Assembly (NCBI GenBank): GCA_977017645.1 | Contig: OZ360234.1 | Coordinates: 65,658,001 to 65,722,000, forward strand | From: Torpedo marmorata | Lineage: Eukaryota | DNA length: 64,000 nt | Direction: 5' to 3' | Shown: positions 37,499-49,728 of the stretch, piece by piece | How the letters are laid out: each line of letters begins with the position of its first letter | How positions within the stretch are numbered: position 1 is the first letter of the stretch | Program-made: the position numbers and the translations under genes | Notes under the pieces: model-generated | What the model saw: the letters and a program-made list of their open reading frames with translations, nothing else | What the model was told of the DNA's origin: nothing | Databases searched by the model: none

Positions 37499-38644
37499 TC
37501 TTCAGTTAACAATGAGAAATATGAATTGTGGCTTATCTGTTATTTTAGCCTAAGATGGTATTCTCCACAAAAGTTAGATCCCAACCTAGACAACATTATG
37601 GTCTCTTTGCCAATCTCCTGCTTGAGAAATAGGGCATGATGCGTTTATGCTCTTTTACCTCACACCCTGTCCCATCTCACAAGGTTGCAGTAACAGAGTG
37701 GTTAGGTTACTCAACTAGGCAACCAAGGGCCTGGATTACAGATGCAGAGAGGCAAGTTCGCATTCCACCATGCCAACTAGCTCATTTATATGTAATTAAT
37801 TAAATAAACTTGAAATATGGCAACCAATGAAACTTCCAGATTGCTGTTAAAAGCCCATCTGCACTCACTAATGTCCTTTAAATGGGGTATCTCTGCTCTC
37901 CTTCCAAGTCTGGCCGAAATGTTACTTTCGCCCACAGCAAACCATTCATGATAGACAATAAATAAAAGCCGTGCCACTGATGCCCACATTAGTTAAGGGA
38001 TAGGAAGGGCCTAGAAGGTTATGGACCGAATGCAGTCAAGAGGGATCAGCCCAGAATGCCATCTTGGTTGGTAGGGTCAAGTTGGGTGGAAGGGCGTTTT
38101 CTGGGCTGCATGACTCTAGTTAAAGACAAACCCTGCCGCAATGGACAATCAAAAAAGATTTGCAGTTTTGCGCTGCATGATCTTAGGTGAAAGATCTTGA
38201 AGAGAGAAAATAACTTTTTTTCATCTGTTTGTCAACTGTGGATAGGAAAGGTTTAGTGGACTATGGGCCGAGCAAAATGGGACGAACTTGTGTAGACAAC
38301 TTGGTTGGCATGGATAAGATGGGCCAAAGGGCCTATTTCCATGCTATAAAACTACAACTCTGTGGTTTAATGGTTGATTCCTGAGACAAATACAATTGCC
38401 AGTCCTTCAAGGTCGCCCACGAGTCCTTGACAACTTGCGACGGATTTTTGAAACTCTTGCAAGTCAACTGGGAGAGAGTTCACAGGGACATTAATAAGAA
38501 AGTGCTTTATGCTTTCTGGTTTATAACTTGTACAAATATTGGAAAGCTTGGACAGGCTGGCTGTTGGACTTTGCAACAGCCATTGGTCATGGCAGGGTTA
38601 GAGAGTGACAGGTGTGGACATGTGCCAGTTGGGTTGACCTACCA

Positions 38645-39232
38645 ATTTCATTCCAGAGGTTGCAACTGTTCCTGAAACTGGTGGTACAAGCCTTGTGGCG
38701 CCTATACCTCTTTTCCAATGGCAGCAGCGAGAACAGAGAATGTCCTGGGTGGTGCAGATCCTTGATGATTGCTGCTGCTCTCCGACACCAGCATTCCATG
38801 TAGATTTTCTCAATGGTGGGGAGAGTTTTGCCTGTACTGTACCAGGCTGTGTCCACTAACTTTTGCAGGGCTTTCCATTCAGAGGTATTGGTGCCCCCAT
38901 GTCAGGCCATGATGCAGCCGGTCAGCACACATCTGCAGAAGTTTGCCAAGGTTTCTGATGTCATACCGAACCTCCGCAAACTCCTGAAGAAGTAGAGGGA
39001 CTGTTGTGCTTTCTTCACGATGACATAAGTATGTTGGGTCCAGGAAAGGTCCTCCAAGATAGTGACTCCAAAGAACTTAAATTTGCTCACCCTCTCCACC
39101 TCTGATCCCCCAATGATCATTGGATCGTACACCTCTGGTTTTCCCTTCCTGAAGTCTACAATCAGCTCCTTGGTTTTGGTGACATTGAGTGGGAGGTTGT
39201 TCTTGGTGCACCATTCAGCCAAGTTTTCAACG
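38645..39232 (-). mobile_element. Rex1/Babar LINE fragment
   Basis: LNVTKTKELIVDFRK...LRRFGMTSETLANF and IIKDLHHPGHSLFSLLP, homologous to 8127-9890. Confidence 0.85.
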
Positions 39233-40498
39233 CCTCACATTAATCACCAGTCAGCCAGGGTTCTGCCTCTCAAAAAAAAGAGTTTACAAATGGTTTATTA
39301 GTTGCAACCACAGCAGATCGGCTTGTTGTCTCTGCTGGCAGTTACTTCCTGTGAATGGCTGCCCATGCATGCAGTTGCTCATCAATCAGACCTCCTTATA
39401 GTTCATGTTTCAGGCCCTGGTTTCACACAAAGCTGTGGAGCAGAGCTGAGGGAGTGCGAGTGTTTGATGAGCAGAAAACTGTAGTGCACCCTTTTGATTT
39501 CAGAAAGGGATGGGCAGGAGAAAGCCATTTAGCCCTTCGAGTCTGTCGAGGTTAAAATAGGAGGAAAATGAGTGTAATTCTTTGTAGCTTCAGGTAGAAA
39601 TAAAATGGTCCCAGCAATCTATGGCAGCATTTGTCAGATCATCCCAGCTGACTCCTCATTGCTGTTCTCTATTGTTTCCCCTCTTTGTTCCCCTAGTTGT
39701 TGAGCAGCAGCATTGACTTGTACTTGCTGTCCTCCACCATCTCTTGCCTTAAAGAGCTTGAAGCTAATTAAAGCAGCCTGCTTTGCTCTCCAATGTTGTT
39801 AAGACATCAGAACAGAGTAGACCGACCTGCTGATTCCAGATGTTACAGGTGAGACAGGTCTTGTTTCTTCACCAGTGAGCTTGTACTGATGGACTTTGCC
39901 TTCTGCACCATCCAAAGCTCTGGCATGGGGCATTCACTTCTTATAAAGATAAACTTACGGTCTGTTTTTAGTCAAGCATCTTTCAGGCAACTCTTTGCAA
40001 GTGAATAGATTTCAGGGACTGCAGTTCTAGGAAAAGATTAAAATTGGACTGATGATCTTCGTGGAGTTTGAAATCCTCCAACAGAGTTATAGGGGCAAAT
40101 AGACAAAAACGATTTCAGTAGAAGTCACAGCCAAAGCACACTGGGAGAAAATGGCATTAAATGCTACTTTCTCAACCATCTTCAGTTCGAACTTGAGATA
40201 TCTCTGCATTTGGAGATGCTCAATAGCAAAGAATCTCTCTTCATCCAATATGATTCACAATGTGGCATCAATAAATAAATGATAGGACTAGATGCAGCAC
40301 AGGCCGTGGAACTCAGTCACATCTGAGGTGTTGTACTGAAGACCTGTGCTCTGGAATAGTTCTAGTATAGTTCCGACGCTGGCGTCTATGCCACGACGCA
40401 GAAAACTGGCAGTTATGTCCTGTTCACAAAAAACCTGGATAAATCCAATCAGGCGAATTTAATCAGATCATTCTCAGCAAAGTAACAGAAGTACTGTA

Positions 40499-40714
40499 CA
40501 ATAAAATCCCCCTTATCTGGAATTCAAGCAACCAGCAGCCTCAAGCATCCTGCAAAAAAAATCTCGGAAAATAAATGTAAAAAATACGGAAGTTTAAAAT
40601 TGGTGCCCCTCGCCATTAGTTCGCCAATCACGCAACACATCTCAAGCAACTGGAAAATTTACTTATCCAGCATCCACCAATCCCCATAGGTGCCAGATAC
40701 CAGGGGTTTTACTG
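40499..40714. mobile_element. pogo/Tigger-type MITE with TA target duplication
   Basis: ta|caataaaatcccc ... ggggttttactg|ta. Homologous to 11468-11671. Confidence 0.85.
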
Positions 40715-41009
40715 TAGTAGGATTTGTTCTCAAGTGACACTCATGACTGACTTGATCATTGGTGCCCAGTTTGAGATTTGTCAGGATCACTGGGTCCCGG
40801 AATTCACCACAGCATTGGTCCAAATGTGGATATATAGAAGCTGAATTCCAGCAGTCAGGCGAGAGTAGTTGTCTTTGATCTTGTAGCAGCTTTCCGTTGA
40901 CTATGCTACCAAGGAGAACTGGTAAAGCTGGTTAGTGGGCATCAAAAAGAAAATTATACCCCTATTGGAATCAGAGCAAACAAAGAAAGTTGAATTAGTT
41001 GGAGGTCAA

Positions 41010-41303
41010 TCATAGCCTCAAGATGCAGGGTAGTAGATTTATGACAGAGGAGGAACTGCTTTTTCCAGAGGATGGTGAATCTATGGAATTCACTGCCTAT
41101 TGAAGCAGTGGAGGCTACTTCAGTGAATATATTTAAGATAAGGTTGGATAGATTTTTATATAGTAGGGAAATTAAGGGATTTGGGGAAAAGTCAGGTAGG
41201 TGGAGATGAGCCTATAATCAGATCAGCCATGGTCTCATTGAATGGCAGAGCAGGCTCAACAGGCTGGATGGCCTACTCCTGCTCCTATTTCTTATGTTCT
41301 TAT
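41010..41303 (+). mobile_element. CR1 3' end fragment
   Basis: gtgaatctatggaattcactgcc...gatggcctactcctgctcctatttcttatgttcttat, a typical CR1 3' UTR and tail. Confidence 0.75.
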
Positions 41304-41699
41304 TCCAGTCCTAAGTCAATATTGCAGAAATTCCAAAGTCCAATTGTCTTCATCTGCTTCAATGACATTACATCCATCATGAGATGTGGGTTATTTTCTG
41401 ATGATTATACAATGGTCAACTTCTCAGCAACCCGTGCCTGCAGGAAACGAGACCTGGGCAACCCAGGTATGGGCTGATCAATGGCAAGTAACGTTAATGC
41501 CACACAGCTAACAGACAAAATGACCAAAAAAAATCTGCTAGAGAAACTCGGTAGGTGGAGCTGCATTAGTGGGGAGAAAAAGAATTGTCAATGATTTGGG
41601 TCAGAACCCTTCGTCAAGAATGGAGTCTTTTGGGTCTAACAAGCAATGATCATCTCCAAGAAGAGGAAAACATCATCCTTACCTAACGCCAGCCACCAT

Positions 41700-41890
41700 T
41701 ACCTCCTGACTGCGGAACTGTGCTCCTCCCCTGCCCCTCCCCCCCCACTATTTTGTTTGGGCGCCTGCCTATATTTTGCTCATAGTTTGATGAAGGGTTC
41801 AAGCCCGAAATGTTGGTTATGTATCTTTATCTTTGGTATATAGAGTACACTGTTTGACCTGCTGAGTTTCTCCAGCATTGTGTTTTTACA
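41700..41890 (+). mobile_element. Penelope pLTR fragment; an older opposite-strand pLTR remnant lies at about 41530-41620
   Basis: ttgatgaagggttcaagcccgaaatgttgg...cctgctgagtttctccagcattg. Confidence 0.75.
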
Positions 41891-42299
41891 TAAATCCATC
41901 CATGCCAGATCACTTCTGTAAACTCAATAGGTGGACAACACAGCCCTGGAAGGAACATTTGCTTCAGGAGTGTCACAAGTGTGGCAGAATATACTTGCTA
42001 AAGATAATTTTTCCTCCTTGAAGATAGGCTTTAAAAAAAAAAGATTATTGATTCCAGAATAATAGCCACAATGTTAGTCTTTTTTTTTTCAAATGAAACC
42101 GTTTTCAACCTTTTACTAAAAATGATTTCCAATATAAGTGTGATTAATATGGAAGTCAAAATGTACAGCATGAAAATTATTTCAAGTTAAATTGATAATG
42201 AAACATTGTGCTATTTTGATTGTTTTTTTGGATCCCTGCACAAATATTTTTTTTCTTTTATGAAGCAGGGTTAAACAATCAAACAAGAATTACAAACGC

Positions 42300-43668
42300 G
42301 TTCTTCATCTATTGTTACATTCAAATCTTTTTCCCAATTTAATCTTGATTTATGAATTCCTGTTTTAGGAAGTTTCCTCTGTAACAATCTGTACATTTGA
42401 GAAATAAATTTAGGCACACCTCCATTAATTCCAATTCAGTCTGTCTTGGTAAGGTCAAACCGTGGCCCAACCTTTCCACTAAAAATGCCCTAATTTGATA
42501 GTAAGCAAAGATTGTATTATTTGCTACACTAAATTTATCTTTCATTCTCTGAAACGTAATAAATTTACCAGCTTCAAAACAATCATTTATTTCCTTAATT
42601 CCCTTTTGGAACCAAATTTTAAATAGTTGATTATCGACAGTAAATGGACTAAGTTCATTTTGATATAGAGGCATTCTTCGAGAAATTGATCCTTTCGCTC
42701 CTATTTCTCTATCCACTCTATTCCATATTTCTAACAAATGCCTAAAAATAGGAGAATTTTTCCCTCTAATTAATAATAATTTAGAATTCCATTTATAAAT
42801 GACTTCTTCTTTCAAATCCTCTCTTATATTATTTAATTCTATTCTCATCCAAGCAGAGAGCTTCCCTAAATCAAACAATTCGTTAATAAATTATGTAAAC
42901 AAAGTATGACGAAGATTATTAATGTTAGATATAGATTGGTGCAATATAATTTTTTTCATCAATTATATTTAACACCTAAAAGACTAAAGAAATTTAATCC
43001 GACATTATCTGGTTTATATTTTAGATGTAATAAATAGGAAGGTTCTTTTGTACATTCTACATGGTTTTGTCCAAAAGTTTATGATTTTTGGTTGAAAGTT
43101 AAAAAATTTTTAGATAAACTATTAGAAATTACACTTCCAATGGATCCTATGATATTTTTGTTTGGAGATATTGAAGGAACCAGTGTTAAAGTGAAATTAA
43201 ATATGTACCAGACAGAATTTTTACGTATTGCTTTAGCCGTTTCTAAGAAATGTATTGCCATTACATGGAAGTCGGATGTAGATTTAGGGTTGGAAAGATG
43301 GCACGCAGAATTGCGTTCATGTATACCACTCGAAAAAATTACATATAATTTACGTGATAAGTATCATTTCTTTTTGGAAGTATGGAGCCCATATATAAAA
43401 ACTGTTGGTTTAAGGATTTGAAGATCTCTGGACATCGGGTCTGGCTGGCGAGCCTATCCTCCACAATAAAATCAATTTATAGTTGTTCTTTTTAGATTGA
43501 CATTCTCCTTACTCTATCTTTTTCTTCTTCTTTCTTTCTTTTCGGGAGGGTTAGGGAGGGGAGGGAGGGAGGGAGGGGGGGTGAAAATGTATCACATGTA
43601 ATTTGAGAAATTTGCGTTTTAAACTGTGTATTGTGTGATTTAAAAATTTTAAATAAAATATTAAAAAA
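42300..43668 (+). mobile_element. L1-clade LINE with 5' inversion (42300 to about 42887 on -, about 42888-43668 on +) and 15-bp TSD
   Basis: Same family as 251-1501. aagaattacaaacgc occurs at 42285-42299 and 43669-43683. ORF 42339-42878 is on -, ORF 43092-43421 is on +. Confidence 0.92.
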
Positions 43669-44557
43669 AAGAATTACAAACGCAAAATATTGCGGATGCT
43701 AAAAGTCTGAAATAAAACAAAATGCTGCAAGTTTGCAAAAGGTCCAGCAATAACTAAGTGGGGAGAAACGGGATTGATGATTATCAATGACCTATTTATG
43801 TTACTCTGTGAAGCTCTTGAGAGAAGGAACTGGAACATTTCAGGTTCAATCTATGGTCTTTGATGTTGGCTGATCACCAATAAGGTGGCAATGGAAGTCC
43901 TTTAATTTCTCCGGGCAAAGTGCCAAGAGAGCGGAGACTCGGTTAAGGTTCTTGCTACCAATTGCTCTCCCAGACACAGGCAGATTAAATGAATCGGCAG
44001 AACAATGGCATATAGTGTTCAATGTGGATAAGTGTGAGGTCAATCAGTTTGGATACTAGAAAGATAAATAGGAGCACTTTCAAAATGGTGATAAACTAGG
44101 TACCTTAATGGAACAAGGAGATATTCAGTCCCAAGTGCACAAATCATTTAAAATTAGTAGATGATCGCAAAAATCAATCAGAAAAGCTAATGGACGTGTT
44201 GTGCTTCACCTCAAGAATTACTAATGGATACGAGAGTTTCCTGGAGGCTTGGACAGACTTCATTGGGCTTGTGTTGAGCATCTCTGGAAGGATACATTAA
44301 CCTGCTCAAATTCTCTTGACGGATTCAATCACGAGGTCAGATTGCTTAAAACTGGCTTCCATTTCCTTGGGTATAGAAGACTGAACTTTATGGAGGCATT
44401 AGTGATTTAAGCAATGAGGCACATCAGTTCTGTGGAGTGCCTGGAGAAGCTGGGCTATTCTCCTTGGAACGAAAGGGATCTGGCAGAGACACTTAAGATC
44501 ATGAAGGGCACAGGCCAAACAGGTAACAGAAGGGTGAAGAACCAGGAAACATTGGAT

Positions 44558-45620
44558 GAAGTAAAAACACAATGCTGGAGAAACTCAGCAGGTTAAACAG
44601 TGTACTTTATATAGCAAAGATAAAGATACGTAATCATCGATTTGGGCATGAGCAAAATGTAGGCAGGTGCCCGAACAAAATGGTGGGGAGGGAGGAACAC
44701 AGTCCCACAGGCAGGAGATAATAGATGGATAAGGGAGGGAGGGCACACCAGTAAACAAGGGGAGGGCTCTGTGAATGGGGAGAGAAGGGGGTGGAGAGCT
44801 GGAGGAAAGAAGACAGAGGGATGGGGAAAAGAGGGAGAATGGGGAGTAGGCTAGCAGAAACCAGAGAAGTCGATGTTAATGCCATCCGGTTGGAGAGTGC
44901 CAGACAGAAAATTAGGTGTTGCTCCTCCTATTTATGGGTGGTCTTGGTTTGACAGAACATGAGGCTATGGACAGACATGTCAGCACGGGAGTGGGGCGCA
45001 GAATTGAAATGGTTGACCACTTGGAGATCCCTGTCACTGATGCAGACAGAGCGAAGGTGCTCAGCGAAGCGATTTCCCAGTCTGCGTCCAGTCTCTCCAA
45101 TGAAGAGAAGGCCACAACGGGAGCACCGGATGCAGTAGATGACACCCGCGGATACACAAGTGAAGGACTGTTTGGGGCCCTAAATGGTGGTGAGGGAGGA
45201 GTTGTGGGCGCAAATGTGGCACTTCCTGCGGCCGCAGGGGATGGTTTGAAGGGGGCAATTAATGGGAAGGGATGAGTGGACGAGCGAGTCACAGAGGGAG
45301 CAGTCCCTACGGAAGACGGAGAGGGGAGGAGAGGGGAAGATGTGTCTGGTGGTGGTATCATGTAGTAGGGAGCAGAAATTACGGAGGATAATAGCCTTTC
45401 AAGTACTTACTCAGTTTCCTTTCGAATGCCATGATTGAATCTACCTCCTTTTCCAACCCTGGCAGAGCACTCTGGACACTGTGTAAAACGCACATCAGTT
45501 TTCATTCTTTCGCCAATCACCTTCATTCAATATTCCGCTCACCTGCGGAAGCTGGTTGGGTGGAAGGTGAGGACAAGGGGAATCCTGTTTTTGTTGCGTC
45601 TGGGGGCAGAGGGAGCCAGT
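44558..45620 (-). mobile_element. Penelope-like element 3' portion with GIY-YIG endonuclease remnant
   Basis: The minus strand reads GVIYCIRCSRCGLLFIGETGRRLGNRFAEH...HFNS around 45155-45000, and RIPLVLTFHPTS at 45547-45590. The pLTR is at the left end. Confidence 0.88.
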
Positions 45621-45773
45621 GCAGGTGAGCGGAATATTGAATGAAGGTGATTGGCGAAAGAATGAAAACTGATGTGCGTTTTACACAGTGTCCAGAGTGC
45701 TCTGCCAGGGTTGGAAAAGGAGGTAGATTCAATCATGGCATTCGAAAGGAAACTGAGTAAGTACTTGAAAGGC
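45394..45773. repeat. Perfect 153-bp inverted repeat (45394-45546 / 45621-45773) with 74-bp spacer
   Basis: The arms are exact reverse complements by eye. The ORF track gives identical peptides on opposite strands (45435+ and 45523-). Confidence 0.95.
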
Positions 45774-47034
45774 AATAAATTGCAGGGCCAAATGGAGAAG
45801 AAAGAGGAATAGAACTTGATGGATTGCTATTGCAGAGAACTGGCATGGACTAGATGGGTTAAATGGGTTCCTTCTCTGCTGATTCCAAAGTGTCCACAAA
45901 GCTAAAATGGTTTGAAACAGCGAAGACGAGAAATGTGGGGTAGTCAAGGAGTGGACATAAACTTTAGCTCTGGGACATTTTTGGGTAAGTCACTTTTCAC
46001 TAGTGGTGGAAATTTGGAATTATCCCCCCGAAAATGACTGTACATTCTGTTTTCAAGATGTGGATGGTTAGCTAGAAAGATTAAGGGACAGAGAACCAGG
46101 ACACTAAAATGGAGCTGTTCCCTGGATCTCGTTGAATGAGTCTGTAGGCTCAGATGGTCCATCCGCCTTCTTCTCTCCCTGTTCCAATGATCCATGTAAA
46201 AAGTGTATAAGGAGAAGACTGTTGCAGCAGGTAGTGCTGCTGTCTCACAGCTCCATTGACCGGGGTTTGATCCTCACCTCATTGCTGCCTTTGTGGAGTT
46301 TGCATGTCCTCCCTGTGACTGTGTGGTCGCCCCCCCCCCCCCCTCCATCCTCCCCCAAGGGTACTATGGTTTCTTCCCACATCCTTCTTAATGGTGAATA
46401 CTGGCTAGTTAATCACCCCCTCCCCCCTACCCCCCCAGTGCTGGAACTCACCCCTAGTGTAGTTTGTGAAGGGGCTGATGGGCATGTGAGGGAGAACAGG
46501 GTGCAGGGAGATGAGTGGGGGAATGGGAGTGATGGGACTGTTCTGAGAGCTGACATAGACAAACTGGCTCCTTCTGCGTCATGAGGAATACATGAGAAAC
46601 CCGAGGTGGGACAGGACTGTTCTTCACTATGATGATTCTGCTCCCCATATCAATAACCAATGTCTAAGCATCTGTGTAAAAATTGACCATTGTCTGTCAA
46701 AAAGTACCATAGGTCCAATCACTGCCTGTGCAATGGGGTGTAAGTTGGCTGGGAGAGATGGGGGGATGGAAAACATTTTGACTCTCCAGTGATGTATTAA
46801 CACACAATGCCCTTGTTTGAATTATGCAATATGCATGTTACAAGTAGTCATTTTAGCTGTAATGAGTGAAAGAACCATTTTTATTTATATAAACGAGTTG
46901 CTAAAGCAACTTTACAGTCAAAGAACTGATTTTTCTGTATAATTTGAACAGAGTCAAGTCCCACAAACAGCAATATGGTAATGACAAAACTGGAAAGGGT
47001 TCAAAAAAGTAAGGTCTGGTAACATCCTTGTTAT

Positions 47035-47455
47035 TAGGAGAAGCTGGATAGGTTGGGACTTCTATTCCCTGGAGTGTAGAAGGCCAAGGGGTGACCATGT
47101 AATGGTATAGAAATCACGAGGGACTTGGGTAAAGTGAATGGTCACGGTCTTTTCTCCAGGGTAGGAGAGTCTAAAACAAGAGGTCAAAGGTGTAAGGTGA
47201 GGAGGGGGGATATTTGAAAGAGACCTGAAGGGCAATTTGCGATGGTGGTTACATGCTACAAGCTGCCAGAGGAAGTGGAAGGGCAAGTACAATTACAACA
47301 CTGAAAAGACATTTGGACAGGTACATACATGGATAGGAAAGGATTAGAAGAAAATAGGCCAAAAATGGGCAAATGGCACAAGCTCAGATTGGCACCTTGA
47401 TCAGCCAAAGAGCCTGTTTCCATGCTGCAGAGCTCTATGACTCCATGACTGTATG
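47035..47455 (+). mobile_element. Degenerate CR1 3' fragment
   Basis: ctggataggttgggacttctattccctggagtgtagaagg...cctgtttccatgctgcagagctctatgactccatgact tail. Confidence 0.7.
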
Positions 47456-48095
47456 GTCTGTTCATTCAACAATGCTTGCCTGACATACAGCCATGATGTC
47501 AAGTGTCATTCAGCTAATGAAATGCCTGGCAACTACCTTGCATGCAGCATGCTCCTATGAAAAACAAAAGGGCTAATGAAGTTGATGCCCCCATAACTAA
47601 TGAACGTTTGCTAGTGTCTCCATAAAAATGGGCTGGAGGTCAATGGACCATTGCTCCACTTCTGAGCTCATCAGTAAGTCTGGGGGCAAAGCACAAACGT
47701 ACAGAGGGGCAGATGGATGTACTTCCTATAAATGACTGGCATATGGTGCAGACCACCTTCATTTGATTGAACATCTAAATATAGACAAGTAGTTAACTTT
47801 AACTTTTCACTGTTTTAATTAATTTCTAGTACTTTGCAATGCTTTTGAGTAAATTTATTATTTTAATGATTTAAATCTACTTGAACGATTTTAAATGTAT
47901 CCAATTATCAGAGAGATTTAAAGCCATTCAAAGGCCTTTAATGACACCAATCAGCTCCTCATCAGGAAGATCCACTACCTGAGCATTTGCTGATGCTCTT
48001 GGGCCACTCTGCTTCTTGAGATGACTTTCAAGTTATTTGTCATCAAAGTTAACTGTAGCTCTGGAGCAAAGGCTGCAAGGCAAATCAGACACATG

Positions 48096-48602
48096 TACGA
48101 CTCTTACACAGCTGATGCATAACAGGAAATTCTCGCAAAATTCCCGAACCGCTGGCTGTGTAAAAAGGTCGGGACGGAAATTAGTAACTAATTTCCATCC
48201 CGACATTTTTCCTGCAGGAGCCCCAGACAATTTTCCGGACTGCCTGCAGTCTAAACTGAACTTCAGATGGTCCGTAACAATGGGCTAATGAATACGATGT
48301 ACCTGATGACGCGTTCAGCTCGCGACATGCAACGCGGGATTTTTAAATGTGCAGCAAGCCAAGGAGACATCAGGCTTTTTTGGACGCAGGTTAATGACGT
48401 CACTGACGACGTTGACGTAGTGACACTGTGCGTCGGACGTAGGTTGTACGTCCGAGTCGACCTCGACCCACGCCCACCCTCTGAAATCACCGCAACGCAG
48501 GAAGTTAGTGTAAATGTCCTTCCTGTGTGAACGGCCACTCCGGAGGGTAAGTATGCAAATTGATGACGGGAAATTCTCGGTACTTATGTCTAAAAACCAT
48601 AA
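48096..48602. mobile_element. CpG-rich multi-hairpin insertion, probably a PIF/Harbinger-like MITE
   Basis: Weak terminal inversion (ctcttacaca / tgtctaaaaacc), recurring tgtgtaaa/gtctaaa/gtgtgaa motifs and several internal palindromes. Family assignment is tentative. Confidence 0.45.
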
Positions 48603-48714
48603 TGGTCTGCTTTAGTAATATTTTGTGAGGACACTGGGTGTAACCTCCCCATTCCTCTTCAGTTCTCAGCAATAGGGGACCTTTTGCATGCACCCAACAA
48701 TGGCTTCATCTCCA

Positions 48715-48855
48715 ATATACCTTGAAGAAGGGCTCAGGTGCGAAATGTTGGCAATATATCTTTACCTCCTATGGGCGCTACGAGACCGGCTGAGTTCTTC
48801 CAGCATTTCTGTGTTTTTACTACAATCAGCGTCTGCAGACTTTTGCTTTTCACTT
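48715..48855 (+). mobile_element. Penelope pLTR solo fragment
   Basis: ccttgaagaagggctcaggtgcgaaatgttgg...ctgagttcttccagcatt...gtctgcagact. Confidence 0.7.
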
Positions 48856-48873
48856 TTCACGTGGTATGATATG

Positions 48874-49728
48874 AGACGGCGGCGCTGCTGGAGCCGCTGT
48901 AGCAGCAGTGCTGCCGCTGGTGCGGACCCGCGGGGAGCGTGGGAGCGGAGATACAGCGCTCCCTCGGGGTCCATCTGCCCAGTCGACCGCCGTCGGTTCC
49001 GCACGGGCTTTGTACGGCCCATTAAAGGACCCGACGGTGGTTTTATTGAAGATCCCGCGACCACGGGGTCTGCGCCCAAGATGGCAGCGCCTTTTAACCG
49101 GCAGCAGCCACGAGGGGCTGTAGATTCCGGGGAAGTGGAGGACTGGAGCAGGGCACCAGAGGACGGGAAGATCACCCCCCCGTCTGAGAAGGAGAAGCGG
49201 AGGAGACGACCCATGGGACGGTGACCACGGCGGCGGATCAGTGAGGGGCTCTGAGGCTGAAGGACCAGTGCATGCGGCGGGCTGCTGGCGACTCGAGGCG
49301 AGGAACCCGCGGAGGCTGTGGGCTGCTGGAGACTGCTGTCGGGGGACTCACGCCGGGCTGCGGACTGCTGGAGGCTGGCTCGAACTGGCTGGAGGAGTAC
49401 CAGGTATCGGAACCGGGATGCGAGGGGGTGCCGAGGGTGACCTGACCGTGTTGGAGGTTCGGATCTGGAGCTCGGGTTGCTGATGGTTTGGACTGGACTC
49501 TGTGTGGCTGCAGAGGCTGCGGAAGCGCTGGAGGCGAATCTATGGACACTCGGTGACTGGGGGTACTCTCTTTTGCTTCTTTCTCTTTCTCTGACTGTAA
49601 GGAATGTTAGAGGCGCTTAGGCAATTTCTGCCAGTGGCAAATCTGTCTGCCTTGCAGCAGGCAAAAAGAAATTTCATGGAATATGACACTGTCTTATTAC
49701 TATGACAATAAATTGAATCTTGAATCTT
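48874..49728 (+). mobile_element. GC/CpG-rich non-autonomous retroelement with Rex1-type tail (youngest copy)
   Basis: Starts agacggcggcgctgc, has an internal aagatggcagcg and no RT coding capacity. Ends gaaatttcatg...atgacaataaattgaatcttgaatctt. Confidence 0.75.

Noticed and set aside
48688-49549. GC-rich ORFs suggesting a CpG-island first exon
   Set aside because: The region is a dispersed repeat with two more copies in this window, and the ORFs are not preserved between copies.
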